From Candidatus Odinarchaeia archaeon (lineage in GTDB: Archaea > Asgardarchaeota > Odinarchaeia > Odinarchaeales > Odinarchaeaceae): 6,735 nucleotides of DNA. Made by a program: the position numbers and the translations under genes. Where the stretch lies: NCBI GenBank assembly GCA_029856525.1, contig JAHQXC010000069.1, forward strand, positions 1 to 6,735, written 5' to 3'. Positions 6,036 to 6,735 of this stretch are shown here, in pieces. The notes below the pieces were generated by a model that had not been told where the DNA came from, made no database searches, and was given only the letters and a program-made list of their open reading frames with translations. Within the stretch, counting starts at the first letter, position 1. Each line of letters opens with the position of its first letter.

Positions 6036-6557
6036 CTAGAAGGAATTGAAATGTATAACTGAACTTAAAGGTTTCCTTGAAGGCTTCTCAGGTGTTTCAG
6101 CCGGATAACCTAAGGGGATTATCGCTACAGGTCTTATGAAATCTGGTAGTGAAAGAATCTTTGAAACAGTTCTTTCAGAAAACGCGCCAACCCAGCAAGA
6201 GCCGATTCCTTTAGAATAAGCATATAATATCATGTTTTCAATAGCGGCTGCGGTGTCTTGAATACAATAAAGGTTAACGCCTCTATCCCCGTAAGCGCGT
6301 GACGCTTCAAATAGATTAGCGCATACAACTATGACAATAGGAGCCTCAGCTATAAACATTTGGCTGTAAGCTGCCTTAGCTAAAGAGATTTTACTCTCCC
6401 GGTCTTTGACGACTATAAACTCCCATGGTTGAACATTACCAGCGGAGGGAGCTGACACAGCTGCCCTGATAAACTCGTATATAATTTCATCAGGTATAAT
6501 ATCGGGTTTAAACCTTCTAATACTCCTCCTATTATACATTAACTCCATTAAATTCAT
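6036..6557 (-). CDS. Nitroreductase family FMN-dependent oxidoreductase (173 aa; ORF track extends the start to GTG 6599)
   Basis: Has the RRSIRRF FMN-binding motif, APSAGNVQPWEFIVV, QDTAAAIENMIL, GIGSCWVGAF and IIPLGYP. ATG 6557 is preferred because SD GGCGGGTGG lies just upstream and the family starts ~10 aa before RRS. Confidence 0.92.
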   Translation of the reverse strand: MNLMELMYNRRSIRRFKPDIIPDEIIYEFIRAAVSAPSAGNVQPWEFIVVKDRESKISLAKAAYSQMFIAEAPIVIVVCANLFEASRAYGDRGVNLYCIQDTAAAIENMILYAYSKGIGSCWVGAFSERTVSKILSLPDFIRPVAIIPLGYPAETPEKPSRKPLSSVIHFNSF

Positions 6558-6735
6558 ATGAACCACCCGCCTTATTGAGAAAGTAAACGGCAAGATCACA
6601 GTTTTCCAAAACTATTTTAACAAGCATCCCTATCATGATTTATAATATGCGGCTATTTCTTTATAAGATTGCCAATTTTCATCTCAACTATGAAATTAAA
6701 AATTAAATATTACAGGTAGCATAGAAGGATTATTC

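Noticed and set aside
6558-6599. N-terminal extension of the nitroreductase from GTG 6599
   Set aside because: A strong SD sits just before ATG 6557, and the extra 14 aa are not family-like.
1-6735. CRISPR array, intact transposase/tnpB or integrase
   Set aside because: No regularly spaced repeats, and no ORF with Y1, DDE, RuvC or tyrosine-recombinase motifs.

Overview
This is an AT-rich archaeal window. GGTG-type Shine-Dalgarno motifs, BRE/TATA promoters and the gene content suggest a TACK/Asgard-like archaeon, possibly Odinarchaeia; that placement is inference only. From left to right it holds: (i) the N-terminal 150 codons of a minus-strand gene missing from the ORF track, with a single TFIIB/cyclin-box-like repeat; (ii) a divergently transcribed citrate synthase; (iii) a convergent 174-aa coiled-coil hypothetical sharing a CTAG double stop with it; (iv) a small DUF1922-like Zn-ribbon protein; (v) a ~320-bp intergenic region with a GC-rich, hairpin-dense core; and (vi) a minus-strand operon nitroreductase-tldD-tldE(pmbA). 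The most interesting element is the intergenic region 2968-3291. On the minus strand it resembles the right end / omegaRNA scaffold of IS200/IS605 tnpB elements (GAGACTGGGCCTCTAC-hairpin-TGAAGCAGGAAC-hairpin-TTCAC). There is no tnpB gene; a BRE/TATA box sits at about the right distance to transcribe the scaffold on its own. It is a candidate stand-alone TnpB-type guide RNA or a miniature non-autonomous element. All family assignments come from motif recognition; no searches were run.
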